Source of the DNA: an uncultured Candidatus Saccharibacteria bacterium
GTDB lineage: Bacteria; Patescibacteriota; Saccharimonadia; Saccharimonadales; CAIOMD01
Length of the DNA stretch: 64,000 nt
Reading direction: 5' to 3'
Assembly: GCA_963716565.1 (NCBI GenBank)
Contig: OY970318.1
Coordinates: forward strand, 64,830-128,829
The position numbers and the translations under genes were made by a program. The notes beneath the pieces were generated by a model, which was given only the letters and a program-made list of their open reading frames with translations, had not been told where the DNA came from and made no database searches. How positions within the stretch are numbered: position 1 is the first letter of the stretch; every line of letters starts with the position of its first letter. Positions 1-7,992 of this stretch are shown in pieces.

Positions 1-106
1 AATTTAATAAACAACTCTAGCGATCGTTTTAATGATATCGACAAGTGGATGATTAATACTGCCCGCAAGGTTGCCGAGTAGCTGGGACTATTAGTAAATT
101 CTGACG

Positions 107-192
107 TGGTGCGGATGAGAGGACTCGAACCTCCATGTCGTTGCCAACACTAACTCCTGAAGCTAGCGCGTCTACCATTTCGCCACATCCGC
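107..192 (-). tRNA. tRNA-Leu (anticodon CAG), class II with long variable arm, CCA encoded
   Basis: Reverse complement reads GCGGATG...CATCCGCACCA. It has a 7-bp acceptor stem, anticodon stem CTAGC/GTTAG with loop TTCAGGA, and T-arm GGTTCGAGTCC. Confidence 0.9.
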
Positions 193-222
193 GAATCAGT
201 TACTAAAGTATTATACTAATTA

Positions 223-696
223 ATGGCTAATAAAATAAGGAACCAGACAATGAACGAAGAAAAGAAAATTGGTGTTGGTTTCGGAGTGATGGTTATCAAA
301 GACTCTAAGATTTTGCTGGGCAAGCGCCACGAAGACCCCGAAAAGGCTAGTAGCCTTTTAAAAGGAGCCGGAACCTGGACAATGCCGGGCGGCAAGCTAA
401 GCTTTGGCGAAACTTTTGAAGATGGAGCAAAAAGAGAAACACTTGAGGAGACTGGCATAAAATTAAATAAAGTTAAACTTATTTGTGTAAACAATGACAT
501 GGTTGAGGATGCTCATTTTGTAACTGTTGGTTTATTATCTGAAGATTTTAATGGCGAGCCCAAGGTTATGGAGCCTGACGAAATAACGCAGTGGCGCTGG
601 TTTGATCTAAATAATCTTCCTAGTCCCCTCTACTTTCCAAGCGCTAAGGTTCTAAAAAATTACAAAACTCAACAATTCTACATTTCTAGCGTCTAA
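223..696 (+). CDS. Nudix hydrolase (MutT-like)
   Basis: Complete Nudix box GKLSFGETFEDGAKRETLEETGI (Gx5Ex7REUxEExGU). Size of 157 aa is typical. Confidence 0.85.
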   Translation: MANKIRNQTMNEEKKIGVGFGVMVIKDSKILLGKRHEDPEKASSLLKGAGTWTMPGGKLSFGETFEDGAKRETLEETGIKLNKVKLICVNNDMVEDAHFVTVGLLSEDFNGEPKVMEPDEITQWRWFDLNNLPSPLYFPSAKVLKNYKTQQFYISSV

Positions 697-746
697 CATC
701 CATCGTCTATCATCCACCGAAGTGGTTATGCTATGATACAAAAATA

Positions 747-2378
747 ATGAATAAGGTGGCGCATTATCTTCAAGAGCATCTGGTGGGCGAGGTTACAACT
801 TCGGTTGACGCGCGGCGCCATTTTTCTACCGACGCTGGTATTTTTAAATTGGCTCCGCAGATTATTGTTTATCCGCATAACGAAAGCGATGTGCGTAAGG
901 CTGCTCGTTTTGCTTGGCAATTAGCCCAACGGGGGAAAGCCATACCAATAACTGCCAGGGGTCTTGGAACCAATTTAACTGGGGCAGCCATTGGCTCTGG
1001 CATAATGTTGGTTTTTCCGGCCCACCTAAATAAAATTTTGGTTTTAGATTCCGGAAAGGGAGTATTAATAGTTCAGCCAGGATTGAATTATGGCAAGTTA
1101 CAGCAGGCCTTGCATACCCACGGTTTGTTTTTACCACCGTATCCGGCATCTATAGAATTTTCAACAATCGGCGGAGCAATCGCCAACAATGCTGCCGGTG
1201 AAAAGTCTATAAAATACGGTGTTACCAAAAACTATGTTCAAGAACTGCGCGTAGTGTTGGCCAATGGCGAAGTTATTGCCACTAACAAGCTATCCAAAAG
1301 ACAATTAAATCACAAAAAAGGCCTAAGTAGTTTCGAAGGCGAAGTTTACCGAGCCTTGGATGGCTTGTTGATTGACTACAAGGAATTGTTAGACAAAACC
1401 CGTCCAGCTCTTATAAAAAACACTTGCGGTTATGATCTGTGGAACGTAAAAGATAACAAGGGCAACTTTGACTTAACACCATTAATGGTAGGCTCGCAAG
1501 GCACCTTAGGCATAATTACCGAAGCCAAACTGGCAACCATAAAATACAACCCAGTTAGCTCTGTTATGGTCGGCTTTTTTGACGATATTGCCAAGGCTGG
1601 AGCGGCAATAAACGAACTGTGCAAGCTTAAGCCCAGCGCCTTAGAATTAGTTAACGATCAGTCGCTAGACTTTGTTGATTCTATAAACCCGAACCGACTG
1701 AGTGGAATTGTTAATAAGCCATTCCCCAAAATTTCATTAGTTGTTGAATTCGATGATAGCTCGGGCCGAATCCAATCTAACAGTGTTAAAAAAGCTCAGA
1801 AGATTTTTGCTAGTTACGCCATAGGTCATATGCTGGCAAAAGGCGAGGCAGAGCAGGCCAATATTTGGAAGTTGCGCCATAGCGTGGCAAATATAAGTTG
1901 GCATGGCGATGGCGAAAAAAAGGCTTTGCCAATAATCGACGACGTAGTTATACCGCTAGAAAAAACAACAGAGTTTTTTAATAAGAGTTACGAATTTTTT
2001 GCCAAAATCGGGTTAGGTTGCCAGATTTGGGGTCACGCTGGTGAAGGTAATTATCACATTCAACCCCAGTTAGATCTAAGCCAAGTTGGCGAGCGCCAAA
2101 AGGTATTTAAATTAATGGATTATTACTACGGCTTAGTTTTAAGTTTGGGCGGTTCTATAACTGGCCAATATAACGACGGTCGTTTGCGCGGGCCGTTTGT
2201 AAAAATGCAGTACGGTGACGAAGTTTATTCTTTATTTGAAAAGGTCAAAGCTATCTTTGACCCCTATAATACGCTGAACCCTGGCGTTAAAGTCGGAGTC
2301 GGTCTGCACGATGTTCAAAACTTACTTCGCCAAGAATATTCCTTGTCTCATTTGTACGATCACATGCCCCGCACGTAA
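747..2378 (+). CDS. FAD-linked oxidase (GlcD / D-lactate dehydrogenase-like FAD-binding oxidoreductase)
   Basis: N-terminal PCMH-type FAD-binding pattern (ITARGLGTNLTGAA, STIGGAIANNAAGEKS) and C-terminal FAD-oxidase region. 543 aa. Confidence 0.75.
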   Translation: MNKVAHYLQEHLVGEVTTSVDARRHFSTDAGIFKLAPQIIVYPHNESDVRKAARFAWQLAQRGKAIPITARGLGTNLTGAAIGSGIMLVFPAHLNKILVLDSGKGVLIVQPGLNYGKLQQALHTHGLFLPPYPASIEFSTIGGAIANNAAGEKSIKYGVTKNYVQELRVVLANGEVIATNKLSKRQLNHKKGLSSFEGEVYRALDGLLIDYKELLDKTRPALIKNTCGYDLWNVKDNKGNFDLTPLMVGSQGTLGIITEAKLATIKYNPVSSVMVGFFDDIAKAGAAINELCKLKPSALELVNDQSLDFVDSINPNRLSGIVNKPFPKISLVVEFDDSSGRIQSNSVKKAQKIFASYAIGHMLAKGEAEQANIWKLRHSVANISWHGDGEKKALPIIDDVVIPLEKTTEFFNKSYEFFAKIGLGCQIWGHAGEGNYHIQPQLDLSQVGERQKVFKLMDYYYGLVLSLGGSITGQYNDGRLRGPFVKMQYGDEVYSLFEKVKAIFDPYNTLNPGVKVGVGLHDVQNLLRQEYSLSHLYDHMPRT

Positions 2379-2394
2379 GCCTTTGGCGCAAAAA

Positions 2395-2424
2395 GAAAAA
2401 GACCAAATCATTTGGTCTTTTTCT
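2395..2424. terminator. Hairpin terminator (AAAAAGACCAAA-TCA-TTTGGTCTTTTT), bidirectional shape
   Basis: Perfect stem flanked by an A-run and a T-run, between the oxidase stop and the tRNA-Val 3' end. Confidence 0.7.
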
Positions 2425-2425
2425 T

Positions 2426-2502
2426 TGGTGGGCGCTGAGGGACTCGAACCCCCGACCCTCTCGGTGTAAACGAGACGCTCTAGCCAACTGAGCTAAGCGC
2501 CC
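2426..2502 (-). tRNA. tRNA-Val (anticodon TAC), CCA encoded
   Basis: Reverse complement GGGCGCTTAGCTCAGTTGG...TCTCG-TTTACAC-CGAGA...GGTTCGAGTCCCTCAGCGCCCACCA. Confidence 0.9.
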
Positions 2503-2508
2503 ATAAAA

Positions 2509-2585
2509 TGGTGCGGGCGATGAGACTCTAACTCACGGCCTCTTCCTTGGCAAGGAAGCGCTCTAAACAACTGAGCTACGCCCGC
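2509..2585 (-). tRNA. tRNA-Gly (anticodon GCC), CCA encoded
   Basis: Reverse complement GCGGGCGTAGCTCAGTTG...CTTCC-TTGCCAA-GGAAG...CATCGCCCGCACCA. The T-loop is slightly atypical (TTAGAGT). Confidence 0.85.
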
Positions 2586-2722
2586 TCGTCGGCGTTAACT
2601 TTCGGCTTTCGCAAGCTCGGTAAACTCGCTTGGCTGCCGCCTTTCGTTACGCCTCCTCTAAATTTTACAAACAGCTAAAGCTTGGTTTGCAAAATTTGTA
2701 AACACATTATACCAAAATGTAC

Positions 2723-2798
2723 TGGTGGCTCCTCCCAGACTCGAACTGGGGACACAAGGCTCTTCAGGCCTCTGCTCTACCAGCTGAGCTAAAGAGCC
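2723..2798 (-). tRNA. tRNA-Phe (anticodon GAA), CCA encoded
   Basis: Reverse complement GGCTCTTTAGCTCAGCTGGTAGAGC...GAGGC-CTGAAGA-GCCTT...AGTTCGAGTCTGGGAGGAGCCACCA. Confidence 0.9.
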
Positions 2799-2871
2799 AC
2801 ATCAGTGCAAACTATATTTTACCTAAACAGAGGTATATTTAGCAACTCTTGTATTATAATTGTCCTTATAT

Positions 2872-2958
2872 GCGCGAGTGGTGAAATTGGTATACACGCA
2901 GCCTTGAGGTGGCTGTGCCCTAAAAAGCTTGGAGGTTCAAGTCCTCTCTCGCGCACCA
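2872..2958 (+). tRNA. tRNA-Leu (anticodon GAG), class II, CCA encoded
   Basis: GCGCGAGTGGTGAAATTGGT...CAGCC-TTGAGGT-GGCTG, a long variable arm, and GGTTCAAGTCCTCTCTCGCGCACCA. Confidence 0.9.
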
Positions 2959-3194
2959 AAGCATTACCACCTCTGTTAATCCAGAGGTTTTTTATTTGCT
3001 AATTTGCCGGCAACGATATTATATTACAAAATATTATTTTTTCGTAAGGTGATATGGTAACATATTAAACGTTCTACTCTGTGGGTTAACGAGTCGAGTG
3101 ACTCAATTTGGGGGAAGCCGCTTGTTATCACATAGCAGTGTGAAGCCGTATCAATACTGGGAGATGCTGTGTATCTCTAGCCCTTTGACAAGGA

Positions 3195-4256
3195 GTGTCT
3201 GAAATGAACGAATGCTACGATTTTTCTGCAAGCCCGACTACGGTTTGGCTGACGGTTAACAGACGATGCAACTTTCGGTGCAAATGGTGCTATGCCAAGG
3301 GATCGCGCTATAATCCGGCAGACGATATGTCATTCGACCAGGCTAAAAAACTGGTCGAACTGGTAGTCGGTCTGGGCATCAATCACGTGACGCTGACCGG
3401 TGGCGAACCAACGCTTTGGCCGCATCTCTTCGCTTTCAACGAGTACGCAAGAAGCAAGGGTGTTACCGTAAGCATGATCACGAACGCCTGCAAGTTTGGC
3501 GACGACAAGTACTGGGAACGGTATCTGAAGTCGCCATGCGACAACGTGGGCGTATCGATCAAGGGCGTCACCGAACGGCAGTTTGTTGATGTTGTTGGAG
3601 CGCCAGCGCTGCTCGCTAGTACCATCAAAGGTATTGAGCGAGCAATCAAGTATCATCCGAAGGCAGGCGTTGGTACCGTGTACTCAACGCTAACGTCGCA
3701 GGACGACGTGAAAGCCATAGCTTGGATGGCTTGGGACCTAGGGGCGGAGAGTTTTGTCATAAGCCCCTGTGGGGTCACCGTCTCTGACGGAGTGCCGTCT
3801 AACCAGTACGTGGTTGAGCCGAAGCAGCTTGTTAAAGACATACAAGAGCTGCATGGGTTCCTCGACGAACTATACGAAGGCGAGATTGTCATCGAGATGT
3901 CGCTGCCGTATTGCATGTGGCCGCAAGAGTTCCTAGATCGACTAGTGTCGAAAGGGCAACTACTCGGAGAATGCAGTGTGCAGGATCGTTCAGGTCTAGT
4001 GTTCGACAGCAAGGGGAATGTCCTATTCTGCAACAACATGCTAGAAACATGCGTTGCAGCGTACGGTGTCGATTTTGTCGACACCGCAAGTCTGATGAGC
4101 CACCTGAACTGCGACAAGGTCTGTGGCGAGTATGCCGAAGTCCTACGATATCCGGCAGACTGCTGCACTGTCTGCAGTAAAAAAGACCAATGCCGCGGCG
4201 GTTGTAATATCAACTGGGCAATTCTTGATCCGCAAGAATTATGCCACGCGGTGTAG
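3195..4256 (+). CDS. Radical SAM enzyme with C-terminal SPASM domain (peptide-maturase-like)
   Basis: CNFRCKWCYA gives the CxxxCxxC radical-SAM cluster near the N-terminus, followed by GGEPTL. The C-terminus has CTVCSKKDQCRGGC (Cx2Cx5Cx3C, the SPASM signature) plus upstream Cys (LPYCMW, GECS, LFCNN). The likely true start is ATG 3204, 8 nt after AAGGAG, rather than the track's GTG at 3195. The segment is GC-richer than its flanks. Confidence 0.85.
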   Translation: MSEMNECYDFSASPTTVWLTVNRRCNFRCKWCYAKGSRYNPADDMSFDQAKKLVELVVGLGINHVTLTGGEPTLWPHLFAFNEYARSKGVTVSMITNACKFGDDKYWERYLKSPCDNVGVSIKGVTERQFVDVVGAPALLASTIKGIERAIKYHPKAGVGTVYSTLTSQDDVKAIAWMAWDLGAESFVISPCGVTVSDGVPSNQYVVEPKQLVKDIQELHGFLDELYEGEIVIEMSLPYCMWPQEFLDRLVSKGQLLGECSVQDRSGLVFDSKGNVLFCNNMLETCVAAYGVDFVDTASLMSHLNCDKVCGEYAEVLRYPADCCTVCSKKDQCRGGCNINWAILDPQELCHAV

Positions 4257-4325
4257 AAGGGAGGTGACTGCTGAAAAAATAGTTTCGTGTCGTTGGTTGG
4301 ACAAAGTCAACAAGGAGAAAACGAA

Positions 4326-4439
4326 ATGACCCAGCTTATCCAGATGCTCAAGAAGTACGGCTCCAAGGAAGTCGCGGCCCTCGCCAAAGACCAGGGTGTC
4401 GCCTGTTCGACGAGGTGTCAGCGCAACTGGTGTAAGTAA
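4326..4439 (+). CDS. Small ORF not in the track: 37-aa Cys-rich peptide MTQLIQMLKKYGSKEVAALAKDQGVACSTRCQRNWCK (candidate RiPP precursor)
   Basis: ATG lies 6 nt after AAGGAGAAAAC and 70 nt after the rSAM stop, on the same strand and at the same GC level. The layout is a helical Lys-rich leader followed by a C-terminal core with 3 Cys (CxxxCxxxxC). A strong 15-bp stem-loop follows immediately at 4450-4483. Confidence 0.6.
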   Translation: MTQLIQMLKKYGSKEVAALAKDQGVACSTRCQRNWCK

Positions 4440-4449
4440 CACCAGCTCT

Positions 4450-4483
4450 CGCCCCCGCCAGGACCATTGGTCCTGGCGGGGGC
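4450..4483 (+). terminator. GC-rich stem-loop closing the rSAM-peptide cassette
   Basis: CGCCCCCGCCAGGACC-ATTG-GTCCTGGCGGGGGCG is a perfect long stem. There is no clear U-tract, so the function (terminator or stabiliser) is inferred. Confidence 0.55.
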
Positions 4484-4515
4484 GGTCACTACTACTATAT
4501 AATTAGTTAAATATT

Positions 4516-5214
4516 ATGAATTACACGTACAAAATTATTTTGGACAAACAAGGTGATATGTGGAACTGGAGGAACGCAGCGCGAAATAGTGTTCTTCACG
4601 GTCGCAGTTGGCGAGACGATTTAAGGTCAGACGAAGATAGAGAGGTTTTTGATAAGATTGCTAAAATGCGCAAAAAAGATGCTGAAGCCGTTTTATCGAC
4701 ATTTTTAGATAAAAAATACATAACCAACAAAGATGATATTGATATGTATATTGAATATTTAAATAAGGTATATTCCGTAAAACTCAATGATGCGTGTGAA
4801 TTATTAAAAAAGTTAACCGGTAAAGAATCATATTTTAAAAAGTTTATCATTCGAATTACCACCTTCCCCCGTTCACCGTACGACGATAAAGAAGGGTCGT
4901 TCTATATGAAATTTAATATTGATAATACGCCAATCGCCACTTTTCTGCACGAAGCGTTACATTTTCAGTTCCACAATTATTGGCGAGAAGACCCAAAGTC
5001 GCCGGTATCAAAGCTGTCGGCAAATGATTTTGATTACTTAAAGGAATCTTTAACGGTTATCTTAGACAACAGCTTGGTCCCTTTTATAGAAGTTTTTGAT
5101 CAAGTTTATTTATCGCATGAAAAATTTCGAAAAGCTCTCCATAAACAATGGCAAAAACACCATGATTTCGACAAGCTGGTTGAGTTTGGATTAAAAGAGT
5201 TGCCAAAATATTAA
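4516..5214 (+). CDS. Hypothetical protein with an HExxH motif (possible metallopeptidase-like)
   Basis: The only recognisable motif is FLHEALHFQFH. AT-rich native composition. Confidence 0.3.
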   Translation: MNYTYKIILDKQGDMWNWRNAARNSVLHGRSWRDDLRSDEDREVFDKIAKMRKKDAEAVLSTFLDKKYITNKDDIDMYIEYLNKVYSVKLNDACELLKKLTGKESYFKKFIIRITTFPRSPYDDKEGSFYMKFNIDNTPIATFLHEALHFQFHNYWREDPKSPVSKLSANDFDYLKESLTVILDNSLVPFIEVFDQVYLSHEKFRKALHKQWQKHHDFDKLVEFGLKELPKY

Positions 5215-5351
5215 GATATCTAAACAGCAAGAAGTCCAGACCATCTAACCAATCTACGGTGCGTTATATCTGAGATTACGGGTGTTGCCGCCTATGTCTT
5301 TCGTAACCGATGAAATAAAACGGCCTATTAAACTGTATTATTAATATAGCC

Positions 5352-5921
5352 ATGGTCGCTAAACCAGATAACCTAACCGATGCCGAAGTAGTTACCGCTG
5401 TTTTGAGTGGTAATAAAGACATGTATGCTCAAATAGTCGAAAAATACGAAGCAAGGCTATTGCGTTACATACTATTTTTAATAAAAGACTACGATCAAGC
5501 GTCGGACGTTTTGCAGGATACTTTTATTAAAGCTTATATAAATTTGCACAGTTTTCACTTAAACAAGAAGTTTTCGTCTTGGATATACCGTATTGCGCAT
5601 AACGAGGCCGTTAACGCTATTAAAAAGGCCAAGAAAACATCTACCTTTTCGGAGTTAGATATTAGCGGTGATAATTTTGCAGTGGAATTTTCTGGGGCTT
5701 ACGTTATGGACAAGATGTTTTTAAAGAAAGAAGTACAGCAATGCCTTAAGACACTCGATGTTAAATACAGCGAAGTTATTGCCTTATACTTTTTCGAAAA
5801 TCTAACATACACCGAAATCAGTGATATTTTGCACATACCCACCTCAACCGTTGGAGTTAGAATTAATCGTGCCAAAACAATACTTAAACAAGCCTGTTTG
5901 GGCAGAGGAGTAAAGCTATGA
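5352..5921 (+). CDS. ECF-type RNA polymerase sigma-70 family factor
   Basis: Region 2 (FSSWIYRIAHNEAVNAIKK) and region 4 HTH (LTYTEISDILHIPTSTVGVRINRAK). 189 aa. Confidence 0.85.
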   Translation: MVAKPDNLTDAEVVTAVLSGNKDMYAQIVEKYEARLLRYILFLIKDYDQASDVLQDTFIKAYINLHSFHLNKKFSSWIYRIAHNEAVNAIKKAKKTSTFSELDISGDNFAVEFSGAYVMDKMFLKKEVQQCLKTLDVKYSEVIALYFFENLTYTEISDILHIPTSTVGVRINRAKTILKQACLGRGVKL

Positions 5922-6427
5922 CTAAACCTAAAAAGTCCCAAATTAGCAGCGTAGAAGATGAAGTAATGGCCAAAATAACTACCGGCCAAATTAAAATGCA
6001 CCCGCGGGTTTATTACACTCTAGTAACCGTGCTGAGCGTTGCTGTTGTTGCTATCTTAGCGGTGGCTTTGGGCTACTTAATAAGTTTAGCCAGCTTATGG
6101 CTCCGTATTCAGAAAGCGGCCGGCCCAGCTTATGGTGCTCGTCAAAACCTAACCACTTTGGTAGATAACTTTCCCTGGTGGGCGGTGGTGTTAGCGATAT
6201 TAGCCGTAGTAGTTTTGGTTATGATGATTAAAAAGGTTGGAGCATTTTACAAAATCAAATTGGTGTATCTTGTGATGGGCATCATTATTGTAGCTGTTGC
6301 GGTAGGTTATGGTTTATCTTATACCCAATTACCGAATACTTTTAAACGGCATAATCAGAATACATGCGCTACAACAGATACCAATTGCACGACTCAAGTA
6401 AAAGGCTTTCGCTTTGGCCAGCAGTAA
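5918..6427 (+). CDS. Membrane protein, putative anti-sigma factor
   Basis: ATGA overlap with the sigma factor gene. It has several predicted TM helices, and the position is typical of a cognate anti-sigma factor. No sequence motif was recognised. Confidence 0.4.
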   Translation: MTKPKKSQISSVEDEVMAKITTGQIKMHPRVYYTLVTVLSVAVVAILAVALGYLISLASLWLRIQKAAGPAYGARQNLTTLVDNFPWWAVVLAILAVVVLVMMIKKVGAFYKIKLVYLVMGIIIVAVAVGYGLSYTQLPNTFKRHNQNTCATTDTNCTTQVKGFRFGQQ

Positions 6428-6483
6428 ATGAAATAAACACGGGCCTTTGGTTGTATTAAATATGTAACTAAAGGAAGGAAGAA

Positions 6484-6885
6484 ATGAAGAAATTAGCAAT
6501 ATTAACTGTAGGAACAGCAAGTTTGGCGATAGCCGGCTTTTTGCTGGTTCCTAGTTTAGCCGGCGCCCAAGGCGGCAATGGCTACAGTAACGGTAGCGGC
6601 AACCGTAGCGGTTATGGTCAGATGCTGGAAACTAAAGCTCAACTTTTGGGAATGACCACAGAAGAGTTGCAGTCCCAACTAAAAGAGAAGACCCTATACC
6701 AAATAATTGAAGAAAAAGGGCTAACCCAAGATCAGTTTCACGAACAGATGGGTGAAGCCGCCGAAGCTCGTTGGCAAGAGCGAGGTTTATCGGCTGAAGA
6801 AGTTGCCCAAAGGCAAACTCAGCGGGCCGAAAACCAAGGTGATTGTGACGGTACGGGCGGTGGGCGCCACGGCGCAAATCGCTAG
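6484..6885 (+). CDS. Secreted hypothetical protein
   Basis: Signal peptide MKKLAILTVGTASLAIAGFLLVPSLAGAQG, RBS AAGGAAGGAAG, and a downstream terminator. Confidence 0.5.
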   Translation: MKKLAILTVGTASLAIAGFLLVPSLAGAQGGNGYSNGSGNRSGYGQMLETKAQLLGMTTEELQSQLKEKTLYQIIEEKGLTQDQFHEQMGEAAEARWQERGLSAEEVAQRQTQRAENQGDCDGTGGGRHGANR

Positions 6886-6901
6886 TTAGTGAACAAAATA
6901 A

Positions 6902-6934
6902 AAAGAGCTTGCATATTCGCAGGCTCTTTTTAAT
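6902..6934 (+). terminator. Rho-independent terminator
   Basis: AAAAAGAGCTTGC-ATATTC-GCAGGCTCTTTTT. Confidence 0.75.
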
Positions 6935-7009
6935 GTGCAGCGAATACCCCTCAAAAAGCGCACCCCTGATTTAAAGAGTATAATAGGTTATGTAACGGGA
7001 GTTTATGTT

Positions 7010-7576
7010 ATGAAGAATTCTTTACTGGCATTATTAGCAGTAGTTGTTCTGGCTTTGGGCAGCTGGATTATTTACGACCAAACGAAATCCAATAATTCTA
7101 ATCCTGGCGGCACATCAAACACATCGGCTAGCGCAAATGTTTTGGATTTAAGTAACCAAGGCCTAGCATCGGTTGGTTCTAGTATTTATAACCAAACTAG
7201 CGTAACTACCTTGATCCTCTCTAACAACAACCTGAAAACTCTGCCATCCCAAATGGGCAAGATGACTAAGGTGCAGGTTTTTAGGATAGATCATAATATT
7301 CTAGAGGGCAGTTTGATTGGCGAAATAAGGCAAATGCCACAGCTAACCCTATTAGATGTTAGCTATAACAATATGACAGGTATGCCAGCCGAAATTGGCC
7401 AACTAAGTAAGCTGGTTACCTTAGACTACAGCTATAACCAAATTACTGGCCTGCCAAATGAACTTGCTAATCTAAAAAACAATCTAAAAACCTTTGACTT
7501 AACTGGCAACCCCCTAAGCCAAAGCACCATAGACAACTTAAGAGCCTCCTTGCCATACACAGATATAATCTTTTAG
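7010..7576 (+). CDS. Leucine-rich-repeat (LRR) surface protein, N-terminal membrane anchor
   Basis: LRR units LxxLxLxxNxL (TTLILSNNNLKTLPSQMG, LTLLDVSYNNMTGMPAEIGQL, LVTLDYSYNQITGLPNEL, LKTFDLTGNPL). The probable start is ATG 7010 (MKNSLLALLAVVVLALG) inside track ORF 6935..7576. Confidence 0.8.
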   Translation: MKNSLLALLAVVVLALGSWIIYDQTKSNNSNPGGTSNTSASANVLDLSNQGLASVGSSIYNQTSVTTLILSNNNLKTLPSQMGKMTKVQVFRIDHNILEGSLIGEIRQMPQLTLLDVSYNNMTGMPAEIGQLSKLVTLDYSYNQITGLPNELANLKNNLKTFDLTGNPLSQSTIDNLRASLPYTDIIF

Positions 7577-7602
7577 ACACTGGCGAGACTTTGTTGGTAA
7601 AG

Positions 7603-7968
7603 CTAAGTATTTAGCAGTTCAATAGGATACGGCGGGGTAGGGATCGGTATTGGAGTAGTCGTTATGGGTGGGATTGGCGTTGGGCTGGATGTAGGTGTGG
7701 GTGTCAAAATGGGGTTAGGCCCAGTTACTTCTGGCTGATTATTGGAATCGCCGGTAGCTGGGTTAGTCGGTGTTGGACTGGGCGTGGGTGTAGGGATTGC
7801 AGCTGCTTCATCTTTACTTAGGGTGTAGGTTGTCTGCACTCCCTTTGTCTCGGTAACATCTTCTGATTTCTGCCAATCATAAAGCCAATAAGCTAAAGCG
7901 GCCAATATTACAGCCAACACAATCAAGCGTTTTGGGCTTAGTAGGGTTTTTAGCAAGCTGAGCATCAT
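7603..7968 (-). CDS. Pro/Thr-rich membrane-anchored protein
   Basis: N-terminal TM helix followed by low-complexity PTPTPSPTP repeats. Confidence 0.45.
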   Translation of the reverse strand: MMLSLLKTLLSPKRLIVLAVILAALAYWLYDWQKSEDVTETKGVQTTYTLSKDEAAAIPTPTPSPTPTNPATGDSNNQPEVTGPNPILTPTPTSSPTPIPPITTTPIPIPTPPYPIELLNT

Positions 7969-7992
7969 CTTATAATCCTATATTATCATTTG

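Noticed and set aside
2586-2660. SRP (4.5S) RNA-like string CAGCCAAG in the GC-rich tRNA leader
   Set aside because: The 5' partner strand and the GGAA/GNRA apical loop of SRP domain IV are not present in either orientation. The match is a chance 8-mer.
3195-3203. GTG 3195 as the start of the radical SAM gene (track coordinates)
   Set aside because: The GTG overlaps the AAGGAG Shine-Dalgarno itself. ATG 3204, 8 nt downstream of it, is the more plausible initiation codon. I kept the track coordinates in the feature and noted the caveat there.
4239-4442. 67-aa minus-strand ORF overlapping the candidate precursor peptide
   Set aside because: It is antisense to a better-supported small ORF that has an RBS and a terminator and is co-oriented with the rSAM gene. 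It has no RBS of its own, and it would start inside the terminator stem.
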